Below are positions 42,116-51,798 of a DNA stretch of 64,000 bases, one piece after another. Position 1 is the stretch's first letter; each line of letters opens with the position of its first letter. The position numbers and the translations under genes are program-made. The DNA comes from an uncultured Candidatus Saccharibacteria bacterium (GTDB lineage: Bacteria; Patescibacteriota; Saccharimonadia; Saccharimonadales; Saccharimonadaceae). The notes under the pieces are model-generated. The model made no database searches, was not told the origin of the DNA, and worked only from the letters and a program-made list of their open reading frames with translations. The stretch spans positions 61,753 through 125,752 of the forward strand of contig CAMVNH010000001.1 of assembly GCA_947168825.1 (NCBI GenBank). The letters are read 5' to 3'.

Positions 42116-44053
42116 CTAGTGGCTGCCGGATTTGGGGGCAAGAATGGTCGATGAATCGGTATTCGGTAATGGGATTGGAGTATCCTTGATAAGGGCTAAA
42201 TGCTTAGTTTCGCCAAATTCACCAGTATTGGAAATTGGGGTGAGAGAAAGCGTAGTAACCAGATTAGAGTCAGCAAGAGTGAAACTGTTTTTCTCGGTGA
42301 GACCAAGTATTACCCCGTCGGCAGATATGAGTGTAGCCTTAGTATTTTTTGTGGTGAAATTTATGATTTTTCCAGAGATATTTAGGCTGGTGATTTCTGG
42401 TGTGTTAGGGAGGGATTTTGCAATAGTGATTTTAGCTGAGGTAGTACTAGAGAGTGAAGCTTTGTCGGTGGCACGAACTTGGATGTAGCCAGGGGTATGG
42501 TAAGTTTTAGAGACTGTGGGTCCGGCGTTTAGGATTTCAAATTTACCATCGAAGTCCAAGTCCCAATCATAAATATAGTCTTCTGATGGATTAGTAATAC
42601 TAAAAGTGAAAGTTTCGTTTGGTTGACCGATGTATTCTTCCAGAGGAAGATTGATTTCTGGACGGTTCAGGATTGCGTCGGTAGATAGTGAAAGATTATC
42701 TCTAAGACTAAAGACTTGGCCGCCAGTAAGGTTGGCAAGCTCGGTGTAGCTGGCTTTGTAATCGTCTGTGGTGACAATGTAGAAGTTGACAGGATCTATT
42801 TCTAGTGAACGTTTAGTAACTTGGGAAAGAGCGGTGCCGTCGCGGTCTGGATTATGATAAGTGTTGTCTGTCAGGAGGACGAGAGATTTAGTTGCACCCG
42901 GGGTCCAGCTGAGATTGTTCATGGCAAATAGCGCGGCAGAAAGTGCAGACTCCGCTTCGTCCCCGCCGCCATCGCATGTAAGATTTTCGATAGTAGCTTT
43001 AAATTCCTGATAGGTGGCGCCAAAATTAAGTAGGCGGCGAGGATTGAAAGGATCATCTAAATCTCGATATTCAAAGAGTGCAATGCGACCACCATCTTTT
43101 AACGTTTCGGAGGCTAGACGAAGAGCTTCGGTGCGATAACGGTCGATTGAACTAAACATTGAGCCGGTAGTATCAATCAGAAAAACGATGTCGCGCTTTT
43201 TATGGGACGCTGAAGAGACAATTTTTTTAGTTGGGTAATGTATAAAGACCTTTTGAATAATAGTTTCTGTAGCAGAATTATAAATGCCATAGTCGGCATA
43301 GCTAGTGTGGTCTTTAATTGGATTGGTAAAATCTAGGTAGTTACTACAGAAGATGTCTTTTTTAGTGCACCATAGTCCGATTCTGTCGGTATAGCCATCT
43401 GGAACATAGGGCTTATTGGCTCCGAGAAGTCCTGAGTGAGCTTTACAGTTTGGCGCGTAAATGCGATATTTTGAAAGATTTTCACCACGGCAAGCTGGAG
43501 GCATAATGCCATAACCTTCTGGAAGATAAAGATTGGGGTCGCCAAAGTTAGCAAGATAAATGATTTTTTTGGGGTTAAGCTTACGGATACTGCGAGAGGC
43601 AGACATGGCGCCCTGTGAGTAACCACCAAGAACAAACTTAGTATTAGAACAGGAGCTCGAGACGCTATTAATACGACCGATAAGTTCGGTGGTACCCTGA
43701 TTGACACTATCATTAAAAGGCCCGACGTTTGCAGCACTAAAAATGGCCGAGGCAGAAGTTAAGACTGTGTTTAGGTTTTCTATACCGATGGCTGCAGCGG
43801 GATATTTAGCCCCGTCGTAAGATCTGGTACCAAGCTCATAAAAATTGTAGCTAAGGGAGCTGGACTTTAATTTTGTCTCGAGGCTGGATTTCCAGGCGAT
43901 GTAATTTTCGTCGCCAAGTTTTTCTCCAGAGCCACGAGCAAAAATAAATTCTACGTCCTTACACTCTGTTGCGGTAGTCGTGGAAGAATAGATAGAGAGA
44001 TTAGCGAGCAATATGGCGCCAGCTAACATAATGGAAAATGTTTTTTTGAACAT
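42116..44053 (-). CDS. Secreted cutinase-like serine esterase with vWA domain and PKD-like domain
   Basis: Signal peptide; C.DVEFIFARGSGE, GGYSQGA, FGDP, C...DIFC, H.SY; DIVFLIDTTGSM MIDAS; YDWDLDFDG. Confidence 0.8.
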   Translation of the reverse strand: MFKKTFSIMLAGAILLANLSIYSSTTTATECKDVEFIFARGSGEKLGDENYIAWKSSLETKLKSSSLSYNFYELGTRSYDGAKYPAAAIGIENLNTVLTSASAIFSAANVGPFNDSVNQGTTELIGRINSVSSSCSNTKFVLGGYSQGAMSASRSIRKLNPKKIIYLANFGDPNLYLPEGYGIMPPACRGENLSKYRIYAPNCKAHSGLLGANKPYVPDGYTDRIGLWCTKKDIFCSNYLDFTNPIKDHTSYADYGIYNSATETIIQKVFIHYPTKKIVSSASHKKRDIVFLIDTTGSMFSSIDRYRTEALRLASETLKDGGRIALFEYRDLDDPFNPRRLLNFGATYQEFKATIENLTCDGGGDEAESALSAALFAMNNLSWTPGATKSLVLLTDNTYHNPDRDGTALSQVTKRSLEIDPVNFYIVTTDDYKASYTELANLTGGQVFSLRDNLSLSTDAILNRPEINLPLEEYIGQPNETFTFSITNPSEDYIYDWDLDFDGKFEILNAGPTVSKTYHTPGYIQVRATDKASLSSTTSAKITIAKSLPNTPEITSLNISGKIINFTTKNTKATLISADGVILGLTEKNSFTLADSNLVTTLSLTPISNTGEFGETKHLALIKDTPIPLPNTDSSTILAPKSGSH

Positions 44054-44181
44054 GTTGAGAGTCTTTCCTGTTAAGTTGCTGATGTTCTTCACTATAGCGC
44101 CATAAGCTTTTTGGGGTCAAGCACTTTAGTGTTGTGTTTTTTACAACATTTATATAAAGAGAGTGGGTGTATAATGAGGGT

Positions 44182-44724
44182 ATGAAAGAACAACTTAGTT
44201 GGGATGAGTATTTTATGGGGATTGCGGACGAGGTGGCGAAGCGTAGCAAGGATCCTTCTTCGAAAAATGGGTGCGTAATTGTAGATTCCAGACATCGACC
44301 AGTGTCTTTTGGCTATAATGGAACCATTCAGGGGGCGGATGAGTCAAAAATGACATTGTCGGAGCGGCCGATGAAATATTATTTTGCGATTCATTCGGAA
44401 ATGAATGCGTTGATTTTTGCAGGGAGAGATTTGTCGGGTTGTACGCTGTATAATAAGATGGCAACTTGTGAGAATTGCTTGAAGTATTGTTTGCAGGCGG
44501 GGATTACGCGATTTGTCTATAAGCAGCTCAGAGTAAATTCTCATGGTAACTCTGTACGATCGATGACTAATATTGATACAGACGAAGCGATAGTGCGACT
44601 TTTGGCGTCGATGCCAGAAGTGGAGACCTTGAATTTGACAAATGGTAAAACTTATGTTCAGGATATTTTAGATTCTTATCCTGAAGGTTCTGAAGAGCGA
44701 AAACGCCTAGAAAAGTGGATTTAA
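44182..44724 (+). CDS. dCMP deaminase family protein
   Basis: SWDEYFM, RSKDP, GYNG, HSEMNA, TCENC zinc motif. Confidence 0.88.
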   Translation: MKEQLSWDEYFMGIADEVAKRSKDPSSKNGCVIVDSRHRPVSFGYNGTIQGADESKMTLSERPMKYYFAIHSEMNALIFAGRDLSGCTLYNKMATCENCLKYCLQAGITRFVYKQLRVNSHGNSVRSMTNIDTDEAIVRLLASMPEVETLNLTNGKTYVQDILDSYPEGSEERKRLEKWI

Positions 44725-46218
44725 CCATTCTTCGTTTAGGTAACTTAGAAAATTGAATTTTTTGTTGGCAGGGTAAATTTTGGCGGTTTTGGTTAGAATA
44801 TAGAGTTTTTCTTTTGGGCGTGTGAGTGCGACGTAGAAGAGGCGATGTTCGTCTTCGAGGAGTGTTTTGGCAGTGTCGCCAAAGATTTTATAAAGCTCGT
44901 TGGTTTTGTCTGGGGAGGGAAATTTTTTGGCGTCAACCTCTAGTAGAATAACGATATCGGCCTCGAGACCTTTGCTGCGATGGATGGTGGAGAAAGTAAG
45001 GTCGGGTGTATTTTGGAATGGAATGCAAAAGTCTTCTAGGCTGAGATTTTTAATGTTAAGGTGATTGTTGCGGCTCAGAATTTTAACGGATTTGCCAGGG
45101 TTTTTAGCAATGATTTTTTGAACAACAAAATAATATTTAGTCAAAATAAGAGGCTGATCTTTGGGGATTCTCGATAGTGGCAGATTTAGTCGATTAAGAT
45201 CACAGACGAAAATTTGAGACTTGAGGTGGTTCCCAGATTTGCATCCGTTATAATCTTTAAGTGAGCGACTCATGAAAAAATTAGCATTATCAACGATGCG
45301 TTTACCACTGCGGTAGTTTGTGGGGATGAATAATTTAATACAATCTTCAGGAAAGTATTTTTCAAAATGTTGGAAGTAGTCGACGTTGCTACCGGCAAAA
45401 CGGTTGATAGCCTGCCAGTCATCGCCTACGGCCAGGAGATGGGCGTCTGGACATTTTTGGCGTAAGGATTTTATCAAAGTCAAGAAAAGTAATGAAAAGT
45501 CTTGGTATTCATCTATGAAAATATATTCATAAGTGGATTTTTCGATTTTTTGGCAAGCTTTAGCAATCATTTGATTGAAGTTGATTAGATTGTGTTTTTT
45601 GAGGTAGGCGTGATAGGCGGTAAGAATTCTTTCAAAGAGACAAAGAAGCTTATAGTGGGGAGAATTTCTTTCTTCGGCGATTTGGCTAGTGAGTTTTTTG
45701 TAATCTTGGAAATATTGCTGTTCGGCACGGGTGATAAATTGTTTAGTGTTGTCGATCATGTCTTGAGTCGGTGGTTGATTCAGGTACTTGAAAATTGCGT
45801 GGAGGAGGCGGTTTTCGTGCGACTCGGTAATAATTTTGTCGCCAATGATGGCTTTTCCGCCTAGTAAATCGTAAGCGAAAGCGTGAAAAGTAGTAGCAAT
45901 GTCCGGGGACTTAATAAAGAGAGGGGTGCCGTCGTAGGTAATCTTTGTGAGGCGTTCGTTAATTTCGGCGCGAGCCTTGCGATTAAAAGCAAAAACGATG
46001 ATGTTTTCTGGCGGAATTTTTTCGTGAGTGATAAGATAAGTGATTTTGGCGACGATAGTTCTAGTTTTTCCTGATCCGGCGCGAGCAGTAACGAGGGTGT
46101 TTTTGTGAGTGTCCAGGACAATTTTGGCCTGGTTTTTATCGAGGGTGTAGGGAGTACCCTGATCTTTGATATGGCTTTTAAACCAAATTTGGAGACTTTT
46201 AACGTTCTTCACGCGCAT
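44707..46218 (-). CDS. UvrD/helicase IV-like DNA helicase
   Basis: ARAGSGKT, IDEYQDFS, VGDDWQAINRFAGS, NYRS, TIHRSKGLE, FYVALTR; start may be GTG 46212. Confidence 0.85.
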   Translation of the reverse strand: MRVKNVKSLQIWFKSHIKDQGTPYTLDKNQAKIVLDTHKNTLVTARAGSGKTRTIVAKITYLITHEKIPPENIIVFAFNRKARAEINERLTKITYDGTPLFIKSPDIATTFHAFAYDLLGGKAIIGDKIITESHENRLLHAIFKYLNQPPTQDMIDNTKQFITRAEQQYFQDYKKLTSQIAEERNSPHYKLLCLFERILTAYHAYLKKHNLINFNQMIAKACQKIEKSTYEYIFIDEYQDFSLLFLTLIKSLRQKCPDAHLLAVGDDWQAINRFAGSNVDYFQHFEKYFPEDCIKLFIPTNYRSGKRIVDNANFFMSRSLKDYNGCKSGNHLKSQIFVCDLNRLNLPLSRIPKDQPLILTKYYFVVQKIIAKNPGKSVKILSRNNHLNIKNLSLEDFCIPFQNTPDLTFSTIHRSKGLEADIVILLEVDAKKFPSPDKTNELYKIFGDTAKTLLEDEHRLFYVALTRPKEKLYILTKTAKIYPANKKFNFLSYLNEEWLNPLF

Positions 46219-46251
46219 TAGTTTAGCATGAGAAAAAAATCAGTGCAAGCA

Positions 46252-46899
46252 CTACCAGTTTATTTTTGGGAGATTGTGGTTTTCTAGGAACGCGTTAGTT
46301 TGGCTAAAATGGTGATTGCCGAAAAAACCAGAATGAGCAGAGAGCGGCGATGGATGGGGACTTTCAAGAACAAGATGTCTAGTCTGATCGATGAGTGATT
46401 TTTTGCTGCGTGCATCGCGACCCCAGAGAATGAAGACGAGATGGGGGCGGGTTTTATTTAGGTATTTGATGGTGGCTTCGGTGAAAACTTCCCAACCTTT
46501 ATTTCGATGCGAGCCGGCCTTGTGGGCTTCGACTGTGAGGACATTATTTAATAGTAATACACCTTGATTTTGCCAAGTGGTGAGATCTCCGGTTTGATTT
46601 TCGTGATGACCAATGTCGTTATCGATTTCTTTATAGATATTAATGAGCGATGGCGGGATTGGAGCATTTTTGGGGACAGAAAAAGCTAGGCCCATAGCAG
46701 CACCTGGAGTATGATAGGGATCTTGACCTAAGATGACAACGGTAACTTTATTTAAGTCAGTTTGAAAAGCTTTAAAAACGTGAGTTTTTGGTGGGTAGAT
46801 AGTCTCTTTTTCGTAGGCTGAATGAAGAAAGCTGCTCAATTCTTTAAAATAGGGCTTTTCAAACTCGGATTTTAGAAATGGCTTCCAACTTTCGTGCAT
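46252..46899 (-). CDS. ung: Uracil-DNA glycosylase (family 1)
   Basis: GQDPYH, PPSL.NIYKE, GVLLLN, HPSPLS. Confidence 0.96.
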   Translation of the reverse strand: MHESWKPFLKSEFEKPYFKELSSFLHSAYEKETIYPPKTHVFKAFQTDLNKVTVVILGQDPYHTPGAAMGLAFSVPKNAPIPPSLINIYKEIDNDIGHHENQTGDLTTWQNQGVLLLNNVLTVEAHKAGSHRNKGWEVFTEATIKYLNKTRPHLVFILWGRDARSKKSLIDQTRHLVLESPHPSPLSAHSGFFGNHHFSQTNAFLENHNLPKINW

Positions 46900-46919
46900 A
46901 GGATAATTATAGCATAGTA

Positions 46920-47010
46920 TTGACTTTTTGTACGAAGTGTGGTATAATGTAAGTATAAGCTTATGAAAACGCAAATACACCTCTACCCGGAGGTGTATTT
47001 CCGTTTTTGA
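46920..47010 (+). other. Strong promoter followed only by a long hairpin / 15-codon ORF (candidate sRNA or leader)
   Basis: TTGACT-17-TATAAT; AAAACG.AAATACACCTC-tacccg-GAGGTGTATTT.CGTTTT; ORF 46963-47010 MKTQIHLYPEVYFRF. Confidence 0.5.
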
Positions 47011-47038
47011 GTCTAAAAAACGTGCTATAATGGTGGCA

Positions 47039-47629
47039 ATGGCAAAGTTATATTTTAGATATGGCGCGATGGGGTGCGGAAAGACGATGCAGCTTTTGCA
47101 GGTTGCGTTTAATTATGAAGAGCGTGGTCAGAAGGTTTGCGTAATAAAACCGAAAATTGATACAAAAAATGGCACAAAATTACTGACGCGGATTGGTCCG
47201 GAGCGAGAGACGGATTTTTGTTTTGATAAGAAACTTGATTTGTATGAGAAAATTCGGAAGGATTATAGCGATGTCGACTGTATTTTGGTGGATGAGGCAC
47301 AGTTTTTGACAGCGGAGCAGGTTGATCAGCTAATGATGGTGACGATTAAGTTGAATATTCCAGTGATGGCATATGGGTTACGTTTGAATTTTCGACGTGA
47401 AGATGGGGGCTTTGACGGGGCGACTAGATTGTTGCAGCAAGCTCATGACATAGAGGAGATTAAAACGATTTGCGAGTGTGGGAAAAAAGCCACTTATAAC
47501 TCAAGGTTTTTGGATGATAAGTTTATGGCGGATGGGCCGGATGTGTTGATTGATGATGGACGTTCGAAAATCGAGTATCGGGCACTTTGTCCAGCGTGTT
47601 ACCAAGATTATTTGGAGGGTAAAAAGTAA
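47039..47629 (+). CDS. tdk: Thymidine kinase
   Basis: MAKLYFRYGAMGCGKT, LVDEAQF, CECG, C-terminal CPAC. Confidence 0.95.
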   Translation: MAKLYFRYGAMGCGKTMQLLQVAFNYEERGQKVCVIKPKIDTKNGTKLLTRIGPERETDFCFDKKLDLYEKIRKDYSDVDCILVDEAQFLTAEQVDQLMMVTIKLNIPVMAYGLRLNFRREDGGFDGATRLLQQAHDIEEIKTICECGKKATYNSRFLDDKFMADGPDVLIDDGRSKIEYRALCPACYQDYLEGKK

Positions 47630-48243
47630 TGTATATTGTAATTGAAGGGCAAGATGGGACTGGCAAGTCAACTCAGGTAAGGTTAATCCAAGAGTATTTT
47701 GAGAAACAAGGGCGTGAGGTTGTGGTTATGGACGAGCCGGATGGTGATTTGCCACAGGCGCATGAAATTCATGATTTGATTTTAGTTCAGGGTAAGGAAT
47801 ACGGTTTGGAGCCGATAACAAACGTACTTTTGTTTACGGCGTCCAGAATGGAACTCTGGCGAAAGATTGCTGAACCAGTATTAGCCCGTGGTGGAATAGT
47901 GATTTCGGCGCGAAACTGGTGGAGTACACTTGCATATCAGGGCTACGGTGAAGGAATTTCACGATCGAAAATTATTCGGTTGACAAAGGAAATTTTGCCG
48001 GAGAGGTATGTTTCGCCGACACACGGAGTTATATTGATTGCTTCAGATGAGGCGAGGCTTTCACGTCAGATGGGCCGTGGGAAGGCGGTTGAGACTTTTG
48101 AAGCGAAGGCGGACGACTTCCAGCAGCGTGTAAATAATGCCTATCCACAGATTGCAAAGAAATTCAATATCCAAACTGTGGATGCTTCGGGAACAATTGA
48201 GGAAGTACGCGATTTAATTTTTCGTGAATTGGGAATTATATAG
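47629..48243 (+). CDS. tmk: Thymidylate kinase
   Basis: IVIEGQDGTGKSTQ, LLFTASR, STLAYQG. Confidence 0.9.
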   Translation: MYIVIEGQDGTGKSTQVRLIQEYFEKQGREVVVMDEPDGDLPQAHEIHDLILVQGKEYGLEPITNVLLFTASRMELWRKIAEPVLARGGIVISARNWWSTLAYQGYGEGISRSKIIRLTKEILPERYVSPTHGVILIASDEARLSRQMGRGKAVETFEAKADDFQQRVNNAYPQIAKKFNIQTVDASGTIEEVRDLIFRELGII

Positions 48244-49995
48244 TTCGGCATAGAAGCCATTTTTCTTAAGTAGGGTCTCGTGGTTTCCTTGTTCGATAAT
48301 TTTGCCATGATTCATGACAAGGATAAGGTCGGCATTACGAATTGTGCTGAGGCGATGGGCAATAACAAATGAAGTGCGGTTCTTGCTTAACTTAGTTAGT
48401 GCATCTTGGATGAGTTGTTCAGTACGAGTATCGACGTTTGAAGTTGCTTCATCTAGAATCATCATTGGTGGTTTGGCGATCATGGCGCGGGCGATGGTGA
48501 GGAGTTGCTTTTCGCCGGCGGAGATATTGTCGGAATCTTCGGAGATTTTAGTGTTGTAGCCGTGTGGTAAGCTTTCGATGAAGTGATGGACGTTTGCTTC
48601 TTTACAGGCTTTGACAATTTGCTCGTGAGTGGCGGTTGGGTTACCATATTTCAGGTTTTCTTCGACGGTACCGGAAAAGAGCCAGGTATCCTGAAGGACC
48701 ATACCAAACAAATCTCGGACGTTGCTGCGTGACAGGGTTTTTGTGTCTAAACCATCGATTCTGATTTTGCCGGAATTTGGATCGTAAAAACGCATGAGGA
48801 GGTTTACGATGGTGGTTTTGCCGGCTCCGGTCGGACCAACAAGGGCGACCATTTGACCTGGCTTTACACTACAAGAGAAGCTTTCGATAGTTGGTTTGTC
48901 GGTGTAGCTGAAATTAATGCTCTCGAAGTCAATTTGACCAGTGGTTTTAGTAAGAGAGTTTTCTGCTATATCTTTAGTCTCCTCTTTTTCGGTGAGGAAG
49001 TTGGCAATACGCTCAGAGGCGGCGAGAGTTAGCTGAACGGTCGAGGCAATTTGTGCTACTTGAGTGACTGGGCGGTTGAATTGGTTGACGTATTGGATGA
49101 AGGCCTGGATGTTGCCGATTGAAATGCGACCGTTTATGACTTGGTATCCGCCAGCAATACAAATAGCAACATAACTTAAATTCGTGAAAATGTGAGTGAT
49201 TGGGAAAGCCATCGAGGAATAGAACTGGGCTTTCCATGCTGAGCGATAGAAATTTTCGTTTTCACGTTCGAAATCTTTTGTTGAAGCGACTTCGTGGGAG
49301 TTAACTTTGATAATTGATTGGTTTGCATAATCTTCTTCGATTTCGCTATTTAGGCTTCCGAGAGTAGTTTGTTGCTTGAGGAAGAATTTCTGGGCTTTTT
49401 TGGCAAAGTTTGCGATGAAGACTACGGAGAGTGGGATGGCGATGATCGCAATAAGAGATAGTAGTGGAGAAATTACAAACATCATAATGAGGATGCCGAC
49501 AAGCATGATTATATTACTGATAATTTCGGTGAGAGAGTTTTGGAGTGATTGACCGACGATGTCAACGTCATTACTCATACGCGACAAAGTATCGCCGAAT
49601 TGATGTCGGTCGAAATACGAAATTGGGAGGCGATTGATTTTGTCTAGGATTTCGAGGCGAATTTTCTGTGAGTAACGGGCAGCGACGCGACCAATAATGA
49701 AGCTTTCAAAATAACCAAAAATACCAGATATGGAATATAAAACTATGAGTAAAATAGCGGAGTTTTTGATCGGCGTCCAATCGATTTGGCCGGTAGCGGC
49801 GAGGCTACTTGCAGCGTCAGTGGTCATTTGTCCTAAAATCTTCGGGCCAAAAATCGCAAGGATAGTTGAAAGGCTGGCAAAGATGCAGGCAAAAATTAAT
49901 GGTAGACGGAAAGGTTTCAGAGATTTGAGGAAAATTCTGGCGGAAACTAGGAGATTTTTCGGTTTTTCGGTTGATCCGCTAACTGGTCCTGGCAT
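48214..49995 (-). CDS. ABC exporter, fused TMD-NBD (heterodimer subunit B)
   Basis: GPTGAGKTT, ISAGEKQL, ILDEATS, IAHRLSTI. Confidence 0.93.
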   Translation of the reverse strand: MPGPVSGSTEKPKNLLVSARIFLKSLKPFRLPLIFACIFASLSTILAIFGPKILGQMTTDAASSLAATGQIDWTPIKNSAILLIVLYSISGIFGYFESFIIGRVAARYSQKIRLEILDKINRLPISYFDRHQFGDTLSRMSNDVDIVGQSLQNSLTEIISNIIMLVGILIMMFVISPLLSLIAIIAIPLSVVFIANFAKKAQKFFLKQQTTLGSLNSEIEEDYANQSIIKVNSHEVASTKDFERENENFYRSAWKAQFYSSMAFPITHIFTNLSYVAICIAGGYQVINGRISIGNIQAFIQYVNQFNRPVTQVAQIASTVQLTLAASERIANFLTEKEETKDIAENSLTKTTGQIDFESINFSYTDKPTIESFSCSVKPGQMVALVGPTGAGKTTIVNLLMRFYDPNSGKIRIDGLDTKTLSRSNVRDLFGMVLQDTWLFSGTVEENLKYGNPTATHEQIVKACKEANVHHFIESLPHGYNTKISEDSDNISAGEKQLLTIARAMIAKPPMMILDEATSNVDTRTEQLIQDALTKLSKNRTSFVIAHRLSTIRNADLILVMNHGKIIEQGNHETLLKKNGFYAELYNSQFTKN

Positions 49996-51755
49996 TATCG
50001 TTTACCTCCTTTGGTAATCTTTAGCTCGTCGGCATATTCTTTGTCAGAAAGTTGTGACTTAGCGATTTCTTGATAAATTTGGCAGGTGTTAAGCAGTTCA
50101 CTGTGAGTGCCTGAACCTTTAACTAAGCCCTTGTCGAGAACAATGATTCTGTCAGCATCTTTGATGGTCGAAACGCGCTGTGCGACAATTAAAGTGATGG
50201 CATTTTTGGTGACGGATTTTAGGGCTTTTCGGAGTTTTGCATCAGTTTTCATGTCGAGCGCGGAAAAGCTATCATCGAAGATGAATAGTTTTGGGTTTTT
50301 GGTAATAGCTCTAGCGATTGAAAGACGTTGACGTTGACCGCCAGAGACATTGGTACCACCCTGAGAAATGTGGGAGCTGTATTTTTTTGGTAATTTCTCG
50401 ATAAACTCATCGGCCTGGGCGATTTTGGCAGCTTTGACCATTTCTTCATCAGTGGCTTTAGGATTTCCAAATTTAATGTTGGATTCAATGTTTCCAGCAA
50501 AGAGTACACCTTTTTGTGGTACGAGCCCGATAGCTTGCATCAAGTCGTCTCTGGCGTAGGATTTTATGTCTAGACCATTGAAAATAATCTTGCCTTTTGT
50601 CGCATCATAGAAACGAGGGATGAGGTTTATGAGTGTAGATTTACCAGAGCCGGTTGAGCCGATGAAGGCTATGGTGTCTCCGGCGGTAGCCTTAAAAGAA
50701 ATGTTGTGCAGGATTTCGGTTTCGGCTCCAGGGTAGGCGAAGGATACGTTTTTAAACTCGATCGATGGGAGATCCTCTGGATTACCCTCGGTCTTTTTAG
50801 GCCAATGAATTTTTGTTTTTGTGTGCAGGACTTCGTTGGTGCGAGTAGCAGAAACGTTGGCGCGTGGTAGGACTACGAACAGAACGAGCAAGAATAAGAA
50901 TGAAACGATAACCTGGATCGCGTATTGCATGAAGGCCATCATGTCGCCAAGATAAGAGATGTCGGTTGACATAAGTGAGATGCCGATCCAGATACAGAGA
51001 AGAACCGTACCGTTAAAGATGAGGGACATAAGTGGCGATTCAAGTGACATCCAATTATTGATAAAGATGTTGACGTTGGTTATTTCTGTATTGGCTTTTT
51101 CGAACTTTTTACGTTCTAGATTTTGGTTGTTAAAAGCACGGATTACGCGAAGCCCGGTTAGATTTTCGCGCGTCAGCAAAGTAAGACGATCTAATAGTTT
51201 TTGGAAGATTTTAAATTTAGGCATAACGATAATAAGTACGGTAGAGACGGTGGCGAGTAGTGTGACGACTGCAAGAACAATAATCCAGGTCATGTTTGGA
51301 GCAGTGATGACGGCTTGGACAATAGCACCGATTGCCATCATAGGAACGCGCAAAAGCATGGAGAGACAGAGGGTGAAAGCCTGCTGAATCTGGGCGACGT
51401 CGTTTGTGGTGCGAGTAATGAGCGAGGCGGTGCTATATTTGTCGATTTCGGACACCGAAAAGTTAAGGACTTGTTTAAAAAAGTCGGACCTTAGGTCACG
51501 GGCGGCAGCGGCGCCAGTCTTGGCTGATAAGAATGAAGCGATAAATGAGCAGATGGCGGCAATGATAGCGCAGACGAGCATTTGGAAGCCGATTTTCCAG
51601 ATAATATTAGTGTCTTGTTCGACGATGCCTTCGTTGACGATTTTCGCCATAAGTGATGGTAGCTCTAGTGTACCCCAGACTTGTCCGCCGATAGCGACGA
51701 TTAAAATTAGGATAGACAACCAATATGGTCTAAGGTAACGAAAGAGCTTTAGCAT
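49995..51755 (-). CDS. ABC exporter, fused TMD-NBD (heterodimer subunit A, degenerate site)
   Basis: GSTGSGKST, VSGGQRQRL, IFDDSFSALD, VAQRVS. Confidence 0.93.
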   Translation of the reverse strand: MLKLFRYLRPYWLSILILIVAIGGQVWGTLELPSLMAKIVNEGIVEQDTNIIWKIGFQMLVCAIIAAICSFIASFLSAKTGAAAARDLRSDFFKQVLNFSVSEIDKYSTASLITRTTNDVAQIQQAFTLCLSMLLRVPMMAIGAIVQAVITAPNMTWIIVLAVVTLLATVSTVLIIVMPKFKIFQKLLDRLTLLTRENLTGLRVIRAFNNQNLERKKFEKANTEITNVNIFINNWMSLESPLMSLIFNGTVLLCIWIGISLMSTDISYLGDMMAFMQYAIQVIVSFLFLLVLFVVLPRANVSATRTNEVLHTKTKIHWPKKTEGNPEDLPSIEFKNVSFAYPGAETEILHNISFKATAGDTIAFIGSTGSGKSTLINLIPRFYDATKGKIIFNGLDIKSYARDDLMQAIGLVPQKGVLFAGNIESNIKFGNPKATDEEMVKAAKIAQADEFIEKLPKKYSSHISQGGTNVSGGQRQRLSIARAITKNPKLFIFDDSFSALDMKTDAKLRKALKSVTKNAITLIVAQRVSTIKDADRIIVLDKGLVKGSGTHSELLNTCQIYQEIAKSQLSDKEYADELKITKGGKR

Positions 51756-51798
51756 ATCTAGTTATTATAGCAGAGGGGGGCTGTGAAGTAAAGTATAT

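Noticed and set aside
44182-46899. Anti-phage defence system (deaminase + helicase + Ung)
   Set aside because: Genes are in opposing orientations with separate promoters, and the deaminase lacks the kinase-like domain of defensive dCTP deaminases; housekeeping roles suffice.
46900-46980. Upstream extensions of ung (also of the ORFs starting at 23133, 33864, 35760, 44092, 44167, 54648)
   Set aside because: They run through promoter elements (LCYN, MCYN, MWYN are translated TGnTATAAT boxes).
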